Assembly: GCA_030141605.1 (NCBI GenBank)
Contig: JAQGDQ010000365.1
Location: forward strand, 17,950 to 81,949
From: Tubiluchus corallicola
Lineage: Eukaryota; Animalia; Priapulida
Length of the DNA: 64,000 nt
Direction of reading: 5' to 3'
Translations under genes and position numbers: made by a program
Part shown: positions 40,366 through 51,001 of the stretch, one piece after another
Position numbering within the stretch: the first letter of the stretch is position 1
Layout of the letters: each line of letters opens with the position of its first letter
The notes under the pieces: generated by a model
Databases searched by the model: none
Told to the model about the DNA's origin: nothing
What the model saw: only the letters and a program-made list of their open reading frames with translations

Positions 40366-41085
40366 TTAAGCTTGGCGGAGACACTCTTTATATTTAATAA
40401 TTGTTGACTCCAATCCCATGTATATTGAATCTGCAATAAGTGCGTGCCCTATTGACACCTCTTTTAAGTAGGGAATATTTTTTATAAAGAAAGCCAGATT
40501 CTCCAGATTCAGGTCATGTCCGGCATTCAGACCTAGGTCATTTTTTGTCGCTATCTTGGCTGCCTCTATATATGGCAGAACAGCCTTTTTAGAGTCGGAA
40601 TGGAACATTGATGCGTAAGGCTCGGTGTATAGTTCTACACGATCAGAGCCTACTATGGCTGCTCCTTCTATGAATGGAGCTTCAGTATCTACAAAGATGG
40701 ATGTTCTGATATCTGCACGTCTGAATTCGCTTACAACTTCCTTAAGTGCTCCTCTGTGCTTTATTGTGTCCCACCCTGAATTGGATGTTATGGCATTGTG
40801 AGCATCAGGGACAAGTGTTACCTGGTGTGGAGTTACACTTAGCACCATGTCTATGAATTTTTTTGACGGATACCCCTCAATGTTGAATTCTGTTGTTACA
40901 ACCGGCCTTATTTCATATACATCAGAGTACCTGATATGTCTTTCGTCCGGGCGCGGATGTACAGTAATGCCTTCAGCCCCAAATTTTTCACAGTTTACTG
41001 CAGCATCAAGCACATTTGGAATATTTCCCCCTCTTGAATTTCGTAGTGTTGCTATTTTATTTATATTTACGCTTAAGCGAACCAT
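40366..41085 (-). CDS. pdxJ: Pyridoxine 5'-phosphate synthase
   Basis: LSVNINKIATLRN.RG, GITVHPRPDERHI, NAGHDLN, EVSIGHALI. Confidence 0.96.
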   Translation of the reverse strand: MVRLSVNINKIATLRNSRGGNIPNVLDAAVNCEKFGAEGITVHPRPDERHIRYSDVYEIRPVVTTEFNIEGYPSKKFIDMVLSVTPHQVTLVPDAHNAITSNSGWDTIKHRGALKEVVSEFRRADIRTSIFVDTEAPFIEGAAIVGSDRVELYTEPYASMFHSDSKKAVLPYIEAAKIATKNDLGLNAGHDLNLENLAFFIKNIPYLKEVSIGHALIADSIYMGLESTIIKYKECLRQA

Positions 41086-41170
41086 TGTTTAGTTTTGCAA
41101 AGGATTTCAATGTGCAAGTTACAATTAAGATTTGAATCGGAGGTTAAGCATTATTTAATTTAATTAATTT

Positions 41171-41842
41171 GTGGAAGCAGGAAGTTTAATATCAGATAAT
41201 ACTATTCCGTCAGTAAGCCTTAATGATACGGGCTTAAAGGCTATGAGCCTTATGGACGTGTTTAAAACCTTTCATTTGCCTGTTGTTAGTGATGAGAAGT
41301 ATTGGGGCATAATATCTGATACGGACATTTACGATGCGGGCAATCTTGATGATAAAATAGGCGAGTATGTTATAAAACTTCCTCGCCCTTACGTGCATAA
41401 GAACCAGCATTTGTATGAGATACTTCTTGTTGCAAAAAGATATGGAATCAGTGTTGTACCTATACTTGATCTTGAGTATTCCTACATTGGTACAGTAAGG
41501 CGGTCTGACGTTGCCTTAAAGTTGGCAGATATAGCAGCTATTGGTGAGCCGGGAGGCATTATTGTACTTGACATGTGTGAGGCAGATATATCCTTATCGC
41601 AGGTAGCGCAGATTATTGAGAGCAATGATGCTAAGGTTTTAAGCCTTTTTTTGTCGCATCCCTCGAGGTCTTCAAAAAAAGTTGATGTTACAATAAAGGT
41701 TAATAAGGTTGATGTTTCCAGCATAATTCAGACATTTGAGCGATTCGATTATTTGATAAAAGCGAGTTTCATGGACGAATCGCAGATTGATGGTCTTTAT
41801 GACGATCGTTACGATCAGTTTATGAGGTTTATTAATATCTGA
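41171..41842 (+). CDS. CBS domain-containing protein
   Basis: Two CBS repeats plus an ACT-like C-terminal part; upstream of nadK. Confidence 0.85.
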   Translation: MEAGSLISDNTIPSVSLNDTGLKAMSLMDVFKTFHLPVVSDEKYWGIISDTDIYDAGNLDDKIGEYVIKLPRPYVHKNQHLYEILLVAKRYGISVVPILDLEYSYIGTVRRSDVALKLADIAAIGEPGGIIVLDMCEADISLSQVAQIIESNDAKVLSLFLSHPSRSSKKVDVTIKVNKVDVSSIIQTFERFDYLIKASFMDESQIDGLYDDRYDQFMRFINI

Positions 41843-41855
41843 CACCCATGAAAGC

Positions 41856-42737
41856 ATGAGAATTGCCGTATTTGGTAGAACGATAAGTCCTGTTTTTCAC
41901 AAAAGTTTGAAGCGGCTATTTGATTTTTTGCATCATGAGGGGGCGGATGTGGTTATTTATAAGCCGTTTGCAAAGTATCTGGATGGAGCAATAGGCTATA
42001 GTCCAAGACATTCTGGAGTTTTTGTATCTCATACGGAGTTGGTGGGGAAGGTCGATTTTTTGTGTAGCATTGGTGGTGACGGGACATTTTTGGAGGCAGT
42101 AAGATTGGTTCGTGATTCGGGAATTCCAATTGCGGGCATTAATAGCGGAAGCCTTGGTTTTCTTGCTGATATAGCCAGAGAAGAGTTGGAGAGCGCTCTG
42201 AAGGATATGATTAATGGGAGGTATCGGCTGGAGTTGCGCTCTTTGATAAAGCTGGAAGGGGAGTCGGGATTGTTTGCTGATTTTCCTTATGCTCTTAATG
42301 AGTTTACCGTTCATAAGCAGGATACCTCGCAGATGATAACAGTGTGTACCAAGGTGGGAGGTGAGTTTCTTAATTCGTATCGGTCGGATGGGTTAATTGT
42401 GGCAACTCCAACTGGCTCTACTGCGTACTCATTGAGTGTAGGAGGCCCGATAATACCCCCTGAGGCAGCAAATTTTATTATTTGCCCCATTGCTCCGCAC
42501 AATCTTACGATAAGGCCTGTTGTAGTTCCTGATAGACAAGAGGTTTTGTTAAGAGTTGAGGGGCGTGGAGACAGGTTTATGGCTTCATTGGACTCCTGTT
42601 CTGTTGTTATGAGAACCGGTTCGACAATAAGGCTGGTGAAGGCAGGTTTTAAGATATGTGTATTGAAATTGGAAAGTCATAGTTTTTACAGCACGCTGAG
42701 GAGTAAACTAATGTGGGGTGTAGATTGCAGGAACTGA
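41856..42737 (+). CDS. nadK: NAD kinase
   Basis: GGDGTFL, GINSGSLGFL, ALNE, DGLIVATPTGSTAYSLSVGGP. Confidence 0.96.
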   Translation: MRIAVFGRTISPVFHKSLKRLFDFLHHEGADVVIYKPFAKYLDGAIGYSPRHSGVFVSHTELVGKVDFLCSIGGDGTFLEAVRLVRDSGIPIAGINSGSLGFLADIAREELESALKDMINGRYRLELRSLIKLEGESGLFADFPYALNEFTVHKQDTSQMITVCTKVGGEFLNSYRSDGLIVATPTGSTAYSLSVGGPIIPPEAANFIICPIAPHNLTIRPVVVPDRQEVLLRVEGRGDRFMASLDSCSVVMRTGSTIRLVKAGFKICVLKLESHSFYSTLRSKLMWGVDCRN

Positions 42738-42768
42738 TTTTTCTCATTTGTATAATTTTAGGTAATTT

Positions 42769-42792
42769 CCCCCAAGAGAGTGGGGGTTTTTT
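42769..42792 (+). terminator. Intrinsic terminator after nadK
   Basis: CCCCCA-AGAGAG-TGGGGG followed by T6. Confidence 0.6.
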
Positions 42793-42901
42793 ATTATCCG
42801 AACTAAGAGTAACCCAGGTGCGCTTGTATGCTGAGCTGCTCTTGTTCACTTTTAATTTTATGGTCGTTGTGATAAAGGGGTCTTTATTGTATATTTTTGC
42901 A

Positions 42902-43789
42902 ATGTTTAGGAAAAATTTACGGATTAATATAAGGCTTGCTTTAGTTATTATATTACTTTTTTGTGTTTTTATTGCCAGGTCTCAAAAGTCTAATATTGAG
43001 GGTGGTGTGCAATTTGGAGTAGGGTTCTATTTTGGTGATGTGGAGGATATGGATGTACTGAAATCGGCTTCATTTGTAACGGGAGCCGTTTTTAAATGGA
43101 ACATTGATAAAAGAGTATCTGTTGGCACCCTTTTGTCTGTAGGGGATATAAAGGCAGAGGGCAAGTATGCAGGTGTATATTTAGGCCAGCCGAGTGATTA
43201 TAGCGATGGCGGGACTTATGCGCGAGATATGACACAGGGTTATCGCTTTGATAAGTTTTTTCAAAGTGTTGAAGCCAAGGTTGAATATAATTTTACAGAT
43301 TATGTGATAGGTAGCACAAAAGATGCTTTTACTACATTTTTATCTTTGGGTGTAGGGTTGTTTTATGCTCAGGCAAATGGACGGGGTACTATTATTTTGG
43401 ATCCTACACCTGTAGGAGGCGGAGATTACTACTATCCATACATATCTGATTCGGGGAAGAGTTCTGTAGAGAGTGATGTTCTTACTCCAATTATTCCGGT
43501 TGGGATGGGTATAAAATGGAATTTTTTTGATAATTGGGTGTTAAATTTTGAAGTGTCGATCAAAAAGACATTTACAGACATTATTGATAATCTGGATGAT
43601 CCAAAGAGGTTTAGGACATTTGATTTATCTGATACTGGAACAAAGGAGAGTGAGGCAATATATGAGGATAGTTTTGCAAACAGCCTCATTCATAATACTG
43701 ATTGGCACTCTACCATCTCTTTTTCGCTAACTTACAAGTTTTGGCAAAAGAGAAAAAAGTGCATGTCCTTATCTCATGTAAAGTATTGA
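42902..43789 (+). CDS. DUF6089/PorG-like outer membrane beta-barrel protein
   Basis: Signal peptide, G..YFGD, IPVGMGIKW, TFTD.ID motifs; upstream of uppS-bamA-ompH as in other Bacteroidota; start uncertain. Confidence 0.75.
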   Translation: MFRKNLRINIRLALVIILLFCVFIARSQKSNIEGGVQFGVGFYFGDVEDMDVLKSASFVTGAVFKWNIDKRVSVGTLLSVGDIKAEGKYAGVYLGQPSDYSDGGTYARDMTQGYRFDKFFQSVEAKVEYNFTDYVIGSTKDAFTTFLSLGVGLFYAQANGRGTIILDPTPVGGGDYYYPYISDSGKSSVESDVLTPIIPVGMGIKWNFFDNWVLNFEVSIKKTFTDIIDNLDDPKRFRTFDLSDTGTKESEAIYEDSFANSLIHNTDWHSTISFSLTYKFWQKRKKCMSLSHVKY

Positions 43790-43792
43790 ATT

Positions 43793-44521
43793 ATGAGCGA
43801 AATTAATTTAGACAAAAACGGTGATATAAAGCATGTTGCTATAATAATGGACGGAAATGGCAGGTGGGCTTGTGAGCGCGGTGTAGAGAGATTTATAGGG
43901 CATAAGCATGGGGTGAAAGCAGTTCGATCAGTAGTGGAGGGGGCTATAGATATAGGGTTAGAGTACCTTACCCTTTATGTATTTTCTATTGAAAACTGGA
44001 GCAGGCCTAAAGAAGAGACAGATGCTCTGATGGCGCTATTTATTCGAGTAATGGTAGAAGAAATTAATAAGCTAAATAAGCAAAATGTCAAGGTTATAAT
44101 GGTTGGTAGAGAGGACTTATTACCTGATGGTGTGTACGAGAAATTAAGAAAAGTTGTTGACAAAACTACAGGAAATACGGGATTAAATCTTATTTTAGCG
44201 CTCAGTTATTCTGGCCGTTGGGAAATTTTAGAGGCGGTGAAGAAGATGGTTCAGGATTCAGAAGATAAATCTTTTGATATTCAGGACATTGACGAGCCGT
44301 TTTTTGAGCGCTACATGTCCACAGCAGGGGTTCCTGATCCGGAGTTATTGATAAGGACTAGTAGCGAATACAGGTTAAGCAATTTTCTTTTATGGCAGAT
44401 AGCTTATACGGAGCTCTATTTTTCACCGAAACTTTGGCCAGATTTTCGTAAAGAAGATCTTTTTGAGGCTATTGAAGATTTTCGCTGCAGAGAACGGCGA
44501 TTTGGAGGAATTGGTGGATAA
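43793..44521 (+). CDS. uppS: Isoprenyl transferase (undecaprenyl diphosphate synthase)
   Basis: HVAIIMDGNGRWA, FSIENWSRP, PELLIRTS.EYRLSNFLLWQ. Confidence 0.96.
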   Translation: MSEINLDKNGDIKHVAIIMDGNGRWACERGVERFIGHKHGVKAVRSVVEGAIDIGLEYLTLYVFSIENWSRPKEETDALMALFIRVMVEEINKLNKQNVKVIMVGREDLLPDGVYEKLRKVVDKTTGNTGLNLILALSYSGRWEILEAVKKMVQDSEDKSFDIQDIDEPFFERYMSTAGVPDPELLIRTSSEYRLSNFLLWQIAYTELYFSPKLWPDFRKEDLFEAIEDFRCRERRFGGIGG

Positions 44522-44536
44522 GTCAGTGAGCAGATT

Positions 44537-47086
44537 ATGAGTAGGAAATCGATATTGTTGTGTTTTTGTATTTTTTATGGCGCTGCTGTTTGTGGGCAGG
44601 TTGTAGTAGATAGTACCAACTTTTCAATATACTATGATAGTCCACAGACGTATACGATTGCGGGTATTGAGGTTAGTGGGATTCGGTTTCTTGATAAAAC
44701 AGTCCTTAAGCAGCTATCAGGCCTTAATGAGGGGGATGAGATTACAGTTCCTGGGGATGAGATTACTGCAGCAATAAAAAAGTACTGGAGGCAGGAGTTA
44801 TTTTCTGATGTAAAAATATCTGCGGTAAAAATTATTGGTGACAGTATATGGCTCGATATTTTTTTACAGGAGCGTCCCCGGTTGGCTGATGTTCATTACC
44901 ATGGAGTGTCTAAAGGGGAGCGGGGAGATATAGAGAAAAAGGTATTATTGTTGAAAGGGGGGCAGGTTACTGACAATTTGCTCAATACTGCTGAACGTCA
45001 AATACTGGGAATATTTCATGAAAAAGGTTTTTTGGAGACGAGCGTAAATGTAGTACAGCGTGACGATACTGAGAAGGCCAACCACGTAGTTCTCGATATT
45101 TACGTGGACAAAAAGGAGAAGGTTAAGGTAAGTGAGGTTGAGTTTGTGGGCAACCAGGCATTGACCAACGCACAGTTGGAAAAGGCAATGAAAAAGACGA
45201 AAGCTAAAAAGCTGAAGCATTTCTTTCGTTCTAAGAAGTTTCTTAAAGACAAGTATGAGGAGGATAAAAAGAACCTTATAAGCAAGTATAATGAAAGAGG
45301 TTATCGCGATGCTGTTATTCTTGCGGATTCGGTTTATAAGGATGAAAATAAGAGCAGCCACGTTAAGGTTGTATTGTGGGTGGAGGAGGGTGATAAGTAC
45401 TACTTCCGGAATATAAAATGGGCAGGAAATACTATCTACTCATCGACTCAGCTAGATCATTTTCTGGGTATAAAGGAGGGCGATATTTTTGATCAGAGAT
45501 TATTGGACAAACGCCTGCATGAGGATGATGATGCGGTTAGCAACCTTTATCTTAATAATGGTTATCTGTTTTTTAACCTGAACCCTGTTGAGGTGAATGT
45601 TGAAAATGATTCTATTGATTTTGAGATGCGAATAGTGGAGGGTACGCAAGCTACTATTAACAATATAATTATATCAGGAAATACTAAAACTCACGAGCAT
45701 GTTGCCAGGCGTGAGATTAGGACCAAGCCAGGGCAGTTGTTCAGTAGAGATGCGATAATTCGTTCTATCAGGGAACTGGCACAGCTGGGGCACTTTAACC
45801 CTGAAACTATGCAGCCTGATATTCGTCCCCGTATAGAGGATGGGACTGTTGATATCGAGTATAACCTGGAGGAGAGGGCAAACGATCAGATTGAGCTTTC
45901 TGGGGGATGGGGTGCGGGAATGTTTGTGGGAACAATTGGGTTGAAGTTCTCTAATTTTTCTATCCGAAATATTCCAAATAAAAAAGCGTGGCGACCGCTT
46001 CCTACTGGGGATGGGCAGACATTGAGCTTAAGGGCACAGACAAATGGCTCATATTATCAGTCGTATAATTTTACTTTTGTAGAGCCATGGCTAGGGGGCA
46101 AAAACAGAAATTCATTTACCTTTTCCACCTATTATTCGAAGCAGACCAGCGGAAGCAGCGATTATTATTATGGGGGGGGGGGATATGGGTATGATCCGTA
46201 TGGCTCTGGAAGTTATGGTGGAACTTATTACGATTATGAAATAACGGAAAGAATGTCTGTATTTGGTGTTGCCACGGGGTTGGGCTACCGTGTTAACTGG
46301 CCGGATGATTTCTTCACATTATATCATGAGCTTGCTTATCAATTGTATAATCTTGATAACTGGCAGTATTATCTTTTTAAGACCGGTGTGTCTCATAATT
46401 TCAGTTTGAAAACTGCTTTTGGGCGCAACTCTATAGATAATCCATTGTATTCACGAAGGGGCTCCAATATTTCATTAGCACTACAGTTAACTCCTCCATA
46501 TTCATTATTTACAGATAAGGATTTTAGCGACCCTGAGATGCCTGATTCTGAAAGGTATAGAATGATAGAGTATCATAAGTGGACATTTAAAGGAGATGTT
46601 TATTCTCCTCTCTCCAAGAATGATAAACTGGTATTGCGAACCAGGTTTGAGGCAGGGTTTTTAGGATATTATGATAAAAACCGGCGCTCCCCGTTTGAGC
46701 AGTACCGTATTGGTGGAGATGGAATGTCGGGATATAGTATGTATGGTAGTGATGTTATCGGGCTAAGGGGGTATGAAAATAATTCACTTACACCATCTTT
46801 AGGTGGAAATATATATCAGAGGCTGACACTGGAAGTCAGATATCCTATTACGCTAGGTGATGCGGCAACTATTTACGGTTTGACATTTCTGGAGGCAGGA
46901 AACGGCTGGTACGATTTCTCTGATTACAATCCATTTGATATGAAGAGGTCTGCAGGACTGGGTGTAAGAATTTTTCTACCTATGTTTGGGTTGATGGGAT
47001 TTGATTGGGGGTATGGTCTGGATGAGGGGTACAGAGCTAATTCAGGTGGAAGTAACTTTCATTTTATTATTGGACAACAGTTTTAG
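44537..47086 (+). CDS. bamA: Outer membrane protein assembly factor BamA
   Basis: POTRA repeats, GNTKT, IGLRGY lid motif, C-terminal FHFIIGQQF. Confidence 0.96.
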   Translation: MSRKSILLCFCIFYGAAVCGQVVVDSTNFSIYYDSPQTYTIAGIEVSGIRFLDKTVLKQLSGLNEGDEITVPGDEITAAIKKYWRQELFSDVKISAVKIIGDSIWLDIFLQERPRLADVHYHGVSKGERGDIEKKVLLLKGGQVTDNLLNTAERQILGIFHEKGFLETSVNVVQRDDTEKANHVVLDIYVDKKEKVKVSEVEFVGNQALTNAQLEKAMKKTKAKKLKHFFRSKKFLKDKYEEDKKNLISKYNERGYRDAVILADSVYKDENKSSHVKVVLWVEEGDKYYFRNIKWAGNTIYSSTQLDHFLGIKEGDIFDQRLLDKRLHEDDDAVSNLYLNNGYLFFNLNPVEVNVENDSIDFEMRIVEGTQATINNIIISGNTKTHEHVARREIRTKPGQLFSRDAIIRSIRELAQLGHFNPETMQPDIRPRIEDGTVDIEYNLEERANDQIELSGGWGAGMFVGTIGLKFSNFSIRNIPNKKAWRPLPTGDGQTLSLRAQTNGSYYQSYNFTFVEPWLGGKNRNSFTFSTYYSKQTSGSSDYYYGGGGYGYDPYGSGSYGGTYYDYEITERMSVFGVATGLGYRVNWPDDFFTLYHELAYQLYNLDNWQYYLFKTGVSHNFSLKTAFGRNSIDNPLYSRRGSNISLALQLTPPYSLFTDKDFSDPEMPDSERYRMIEYHKWTFKGDVYSPLSKNDKLVLRTRFEAGFLGYYDKNRRSPFEQYRIGGDGMSGYSMYGSDVIGLRGYENNSLTPSLGGNIYQRLTLEVRYPITLGDAATIYGLTFLEAGNGWYDFSDYNPFDMKRSAGLGVRIFLPMFGLMGFDWGYGLDEGYRANSGGSNFHFIIGQQF

Positions 47087-47140
47087 TGTGTGAACCGGGA
47101 CTGATTTTATTTCTTTTAAAAATTAAAAATAAAAACAGAG

Positions 47141-47659
47141 ATGAAAAAGGTTATTTTTGTACTATTATTAGTACTTACTGGTGTTTTATCGCAGTTGAAA
47201 GCCCAGAAGTATGCGTATATTGATACGGATTATATTCTTAGCAATATTCCTGCTTTTCAGTCGGCACAGGAACAGTTGGAGCAGATATCTCAGCAGTATC
47301 AAAAAGAGCTTGAAATGATTCATACAGAGCTTGACCAGATGTTTAAGGATTTTCAGGCTGAGGCTGTTTTGCTATCCAATGAGATGAAGCAACGCAGGGA
47401 GGATGTTATTGTAAGCAAAGAGAGAGAGTACAAGAAATTACAACGGCAGTATTTTGCGCCGGAAGGTGATCTTTTTCAGAAGCGCCAAGCACTGATCAAA
47501 CCAATACAGGATGACCTGTTTAATGCGGTTAAAGATATTGCAGAGCAGGGAGGTTACGCTGTAATTTTTGATAAGGCTGGGAGTGTCTCAATGCTTTATA
47601 CAAATCCGAGATATGATTTGAGTGATCAGGTTTTACGAAAGCTTGGATATAAGAATTAA
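47141..47659 (+). CDS. OmpH/Skp family chaperone
   Basis: AQKYAYIDTDYIL, coiled coil, YDLSDQVL. Confidence 0.92.
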   Translation: MKKVIFVLLLVLTGVLSQLKAQKYAYIDTDYILSNIPAFQSAQEQLEQISQQYQKELEMIHTELDQMFKDFQAEAVLLSNEMKQRREDVIVSKEREYKKLQRQYFAPEGDLFQKRQALIKPIQDDLFNAVKDIAEQGGYAVIFDKAGSVSMLYTNPRYDLSDQVLRKLGYKN

Positions 47660-47728
47660 TATTACCACATTTGCGGTATAATGATATAAGTTTTGGGGCA
47701 GTTATAGATAAAACTAAATTTTATAAGT

Positions 47729-48247
47729 ATGAAAAATCTATTGAAGGGAGTCGGAGTCATAGCCATAGTGTCTATGTTTGTATTTTCGGGAGGTTTGTTT
47801 GCACAAGGATATAAGTTTGGGCATATTAATTTCCAACAGCTGATACAGGTTATGCCTGAAAGCACGGCAGCGCAGGAGTCTTTACAGAAACATGGCAGTG
47901 AGTTGGAGGATCAGTTAAGGATAATGCAACAGGAGCTGCAGAGCAAATCAAGGGAATATATGGAGCAGCTTGATGCAATGACTAATGCTGTGAAAGCAGC
48001 GAAGGAGAGTGATTTGCAAGATCTTAATCAGCGCATACAGGATTTTCAGCAGATGGCACAGCAAGATTTGCAGAAAAAGGAGCAGGATGTTTTGCAGCCT
48101 ATCCTAGAGAGAGCCCGTGAAGCTATTAGTGAGGTTGCAAAAGAGAATCAACTCCTATATGTGTTTGAGGTAAATAGCTTGTTGTATAATGGGAGTGAGT
48201 CTGTTGATCTATTGCCACTTGTAAAGACCAAGTTGGGTATCCAATAG
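47729..48247 (+). CDS. OmpH/Skp family chaperone (second paralogue)
   Basis: KFGHINFQQL..MPE, Gln-rich coiled coil, VKTKLGI. Confidence 0.92.
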   Translation: MKNLLKGVGVIAIVSMFVFSGGLFAQGYKFGHINFQQLIQVMPESTAAQESLQKHGSELEDQLRIMQQELQSKSREYMEQLDAMTNAVKAAKESDLQDLNQRIQDFQQMAQQDLQKKEQDVLQPILERAREAISEVAKENQLLYVFEVNSLLYNGSESVDLLPLVKTKLGIQ

Positions 48248-48845
48248 TAAAGAGGTGCTATGTAAGAGATGGAACAGGTGGTGCTTTGCAGCATCTTTTG
48301 TTTTTCTCTGATGAAGTTCGTTCTTGTAGGTTTATCTTTGCAGTTATAAGTCTAGGTAGTAGATTGTAATGTTTTCTACTGTTGTAGTAGTTTTGCCTCT
48401 TTAAAAATTTATCAAGCTTCTTGAGAAAGCAGTGAAAGCACAAAGTCGTATGGGCTGCTGATTTTTTCGCAGTAAAGATTGCTTTAAGTGAGCATATAGA
48501 GTTTTCCCGTTTTTACAATAAGTGTAACATGCCTTCTGTATCGTGCTAAGTTGATTTAGGGTTATTTGTCTGCTACGCAATGTTAGTATAGCTTGTTTCG
48601 ACAATTTTTTTGACAGAGTAGTGTAATATGGCTTAGCGTGAGTTCCATTTTTTTGTTTTTTGGCTCTGACGCAGATGTGCAGAGTAGCATTTAGTAGTTT
48701 AAGTGACATAAACGCAGGCTGTTTGAGACTATGCTAATCTTCAGTCTGAGAAAGTGTAGTTGAAAAAGAGTAGCCCCATCACTGGCGAGAGGTTTGTTTT
48801 ATTGGTTATGATGCTAAAGTAATAGTAACAGATAGTTATGAAGAT

Positions 48846-50126
48846 ATGAAGACAAAAGCAGTACGATTATATGGAGAGAGAGAACTTCGTATGGAAGAGT
48901 TTGATTTGCCGGTAATTAAAGATGATGAGGTGCTTGCAAAGGTGGTGTGCGATAGTATTTGTATGTCTTCTTATAAAGCAGCTAGCCAGGGCATAGCTCA
49001 TAAGCGCATTCCTGATAATGTTGCAGAGAAGCCTGTTATTATAGGGCATGAGTTTGCAGGTGTGATAGTTGAGGTAGGTTCAAAATGGAGAGCCCGGTTT
49101 AAGAGTGGGAGTAAGTTTTCAATACAGCCGGCGTTGAATTATGAGAATGGGCCTATAGGTATATTGAGTGCTCCTGGCTACTCATATCAGTTTATTGGAG
49201 GTAATGCTACTTATGTGGTTATTCCCAATGAGGTAATGGAGCTGGGGTGTTTGTTGACATATGAAGGTGAAGGCTTTTATCCCGCTTCTTTATCAGAGCC
49301 TCTTTCATGTGTTATTGGTGCGATGCATGCCAATTATCATGTCAGGCCGGGGTCATATGTTCATAATATGGAGATTGTTGATGGGGGGAGGATGGCTATA
49401 TTAGCCGGTGTTGGGCCAATGGGGTTGGCGGCAATTAGTTATGTTTTAAGAAGGGAAGATCGTAGGCCATCATTGCTTGTGGTAACTGATATTGATCAGG
49501 CGAGGCTAGATCGAGTAGCGGGTTTGTGTACCGTTGAGTTTGCAAAGTCACGAGGTATTGACTTGAAGTATGTCAATACCGGCAGTATGGATAATCCGGT
49601 TGAGGTTTTAAGAGAAATATCGGGTGGTGCAGGTTATAATGATGTGTTTGTGTTTGCGCCCGTTGCATCGGTAGTGGAGCAAGGCGATGCTATTCTGGCT
49701 TTTGACGGGTGTCTGAATTTTTTTGCTGGGCCATCGAACAGCGAGTTTAAAGCTTCGATGAATTTTTATAATGTGCATTATGCTTGTACTCATATAGTGG
49801 GTACAAGTGGAGGGAATACTGATGATATGAAAGAGGCTTTGGAGATAATGAGTAAGGGGCTGGATCCTGCGGGTTTGATTACGCATATTGGTGGCTTGAA
49901 TGCAGTGGTTGATACTACTTTGAATCTCCCCAATATACCGGGGGGGAAAAAGCTTATTTACAATCATGCTGATATGCCATTAACGGCAATTGCTGATTTT
50001 GAGGAGATAGGGCAACGTAATCCTGTGTATGCTCATTTAGCTGTGCTCTGTGATAAGTATAATGGGTTATGGAGTGTAGAGGCTGAAGAGTATCTCTTAG
50101 CTAGTTTGCACAAGTTAAGTTATTAG
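48846..50126 (+). CDS. Zinc-binding dehydrogenase, L-sorbose-1-phosphate reductase-like
   Basis: MKTKAVRLYG, DSICMSSYK, IIGHEFAG, LSEPLSC, GPMG, GTSGG, ITHIGGL. Confidence 0.8.
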   Translation: MKTKAVRLYGERELRMEEFDLPVIKDDEVLAKVVCDSICMSSYKAASQGIAHKRIPDNVAEKPVIIGHEFAGVIVEVGSKWRARFKSGSKFSIQPALNYENGPIGILSAPGYSYQFIGGNATYVVIPNEVMELGCLLTYEGEGFYPASLSEPLSCVIGAMHANYHVRPGSYVHNMEIVDGGRMAILAGVGPMGLAAISYVLRREDRRPSLLVVTDIDQARLDRVAGLCTVEFAKSRGIDLKYVNTGSMDNPVEVLREISGGAGYNDVFVFAPVASVVEQGDAILAFDGCLNFFAGPSNSEFKASMNFYNVHYACTHIVGTSGGNTDDMKEALEIMSKGLDPAGLITHIGGLNAVVDTTLNLPNIPGGKKLIYNHADMPLTAIADFEEIGQRNPVYAHLAVLCDKYNGLWSVEAEEYLLASLHKLSY

Positions 50127-50135
50127 TTTTAAGTT

Positions 50136-50801
50136 ATGTATTATTTAGCCGATACAGCCAGTGTTGATGAGTTAAAGAAGTTGTTTTACTATTTTCCACT
50201 TGAGGGAGTAACAACTAATCCAACGATTATTGCACATACACGGAAGCCTATGTCAGTGGTTTTGCCTGAGCTAATAGATATTATTGGTGATAAAATGCTG
50301 CATGTGCAAGTGATAAGTGGTAAGGCGGAGGATATGTTGAGAGAGGCAAAAGCTTATAAGGCCAGGTATGGGTTGGGGGATAATTATTTTGCTAAGATAC
50401 CTGTTACGGCAGAGGGATACAGAGCGATGCAGATGATAAAAGATGCGGGGATAGGTGTTACAGCTACGGCTGTTTTTACTCAGCAACAAGCGTTAGTAGC
50501 AGCACGCGCCGGAGCTGATTGGGTAGCGCCTTATGTTAATCGTTTAGATAATATTTCATCGCACGGTATTGAAGTAGTGGGTAATATTGTTGAGAATATT
50601 GAGCGCTTTAGCTTAAAAGCGAAGGTGCTTGCGGCCAGTTTTAAGACTGTAGACCAGGTGCATCGGGTTAGCATGACAGGCAGTCATGCAGCAACTATCA
50701 GCTTTGAGATACTGGAGCGCCTTAGAAGCCATCCTATGACAGATATGAGCCTGGAGTGGTTTAAAAAAGATGCAAATGGCTTATATGATATTGACTTCTG
50801 A
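50136..50801 (+). CDS. Transaldolase-family protein, fructose-6-phosphate aldolase type
   Basis: ADTA, GVTTNPTI, catalytic KIP, APYVNR, LAASFK. Confidence 0.88.
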   Translation: MYYLADTASVDELKKLFYYFPLEGVTTNPTIIAHTRKPMSVVLPELIDIIGDKMLHVQVISGKAEDMLREAKAYKARYGLGDNYFAKIPVTAEGYRAMQMIKDAGIGVTATAVFTQQQALVAARAGADWVAPYVNRLDNISSHGIEVVGNIVENIERFSLKAKVLAASFKTVDQVHRVSMTGSHAATISFEILERLRSHPMTDMSLEWFKKDANGLYDIDF

Positions 50802-51001
50802 TTTATAAGCAAGGGCAGGCTGGTTTTCTAATACATGTGGTTTATTTGAGGGAGTCATCATTTAGCAGGTCTTTTTTCACCTATTGAGATGCAGAGTTAT
50901 TATTGATGTAGTGCATATTTGTTTTGTCTGGGTTGGTTTTCATTTTTATATGGTATGGCTAATGGCAGGTACACATGTCTACTTGCTTAATGCGATATTT
51001 T

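Noticed and set aside
42713-42901. N-terminal extensions from the ORF track (PorG-like, hisS, ssb, ychF, acyltransferase)
   Set aside because: They run through terminators or -7 promoter boxes; downstream ATGs fit the family starts better.
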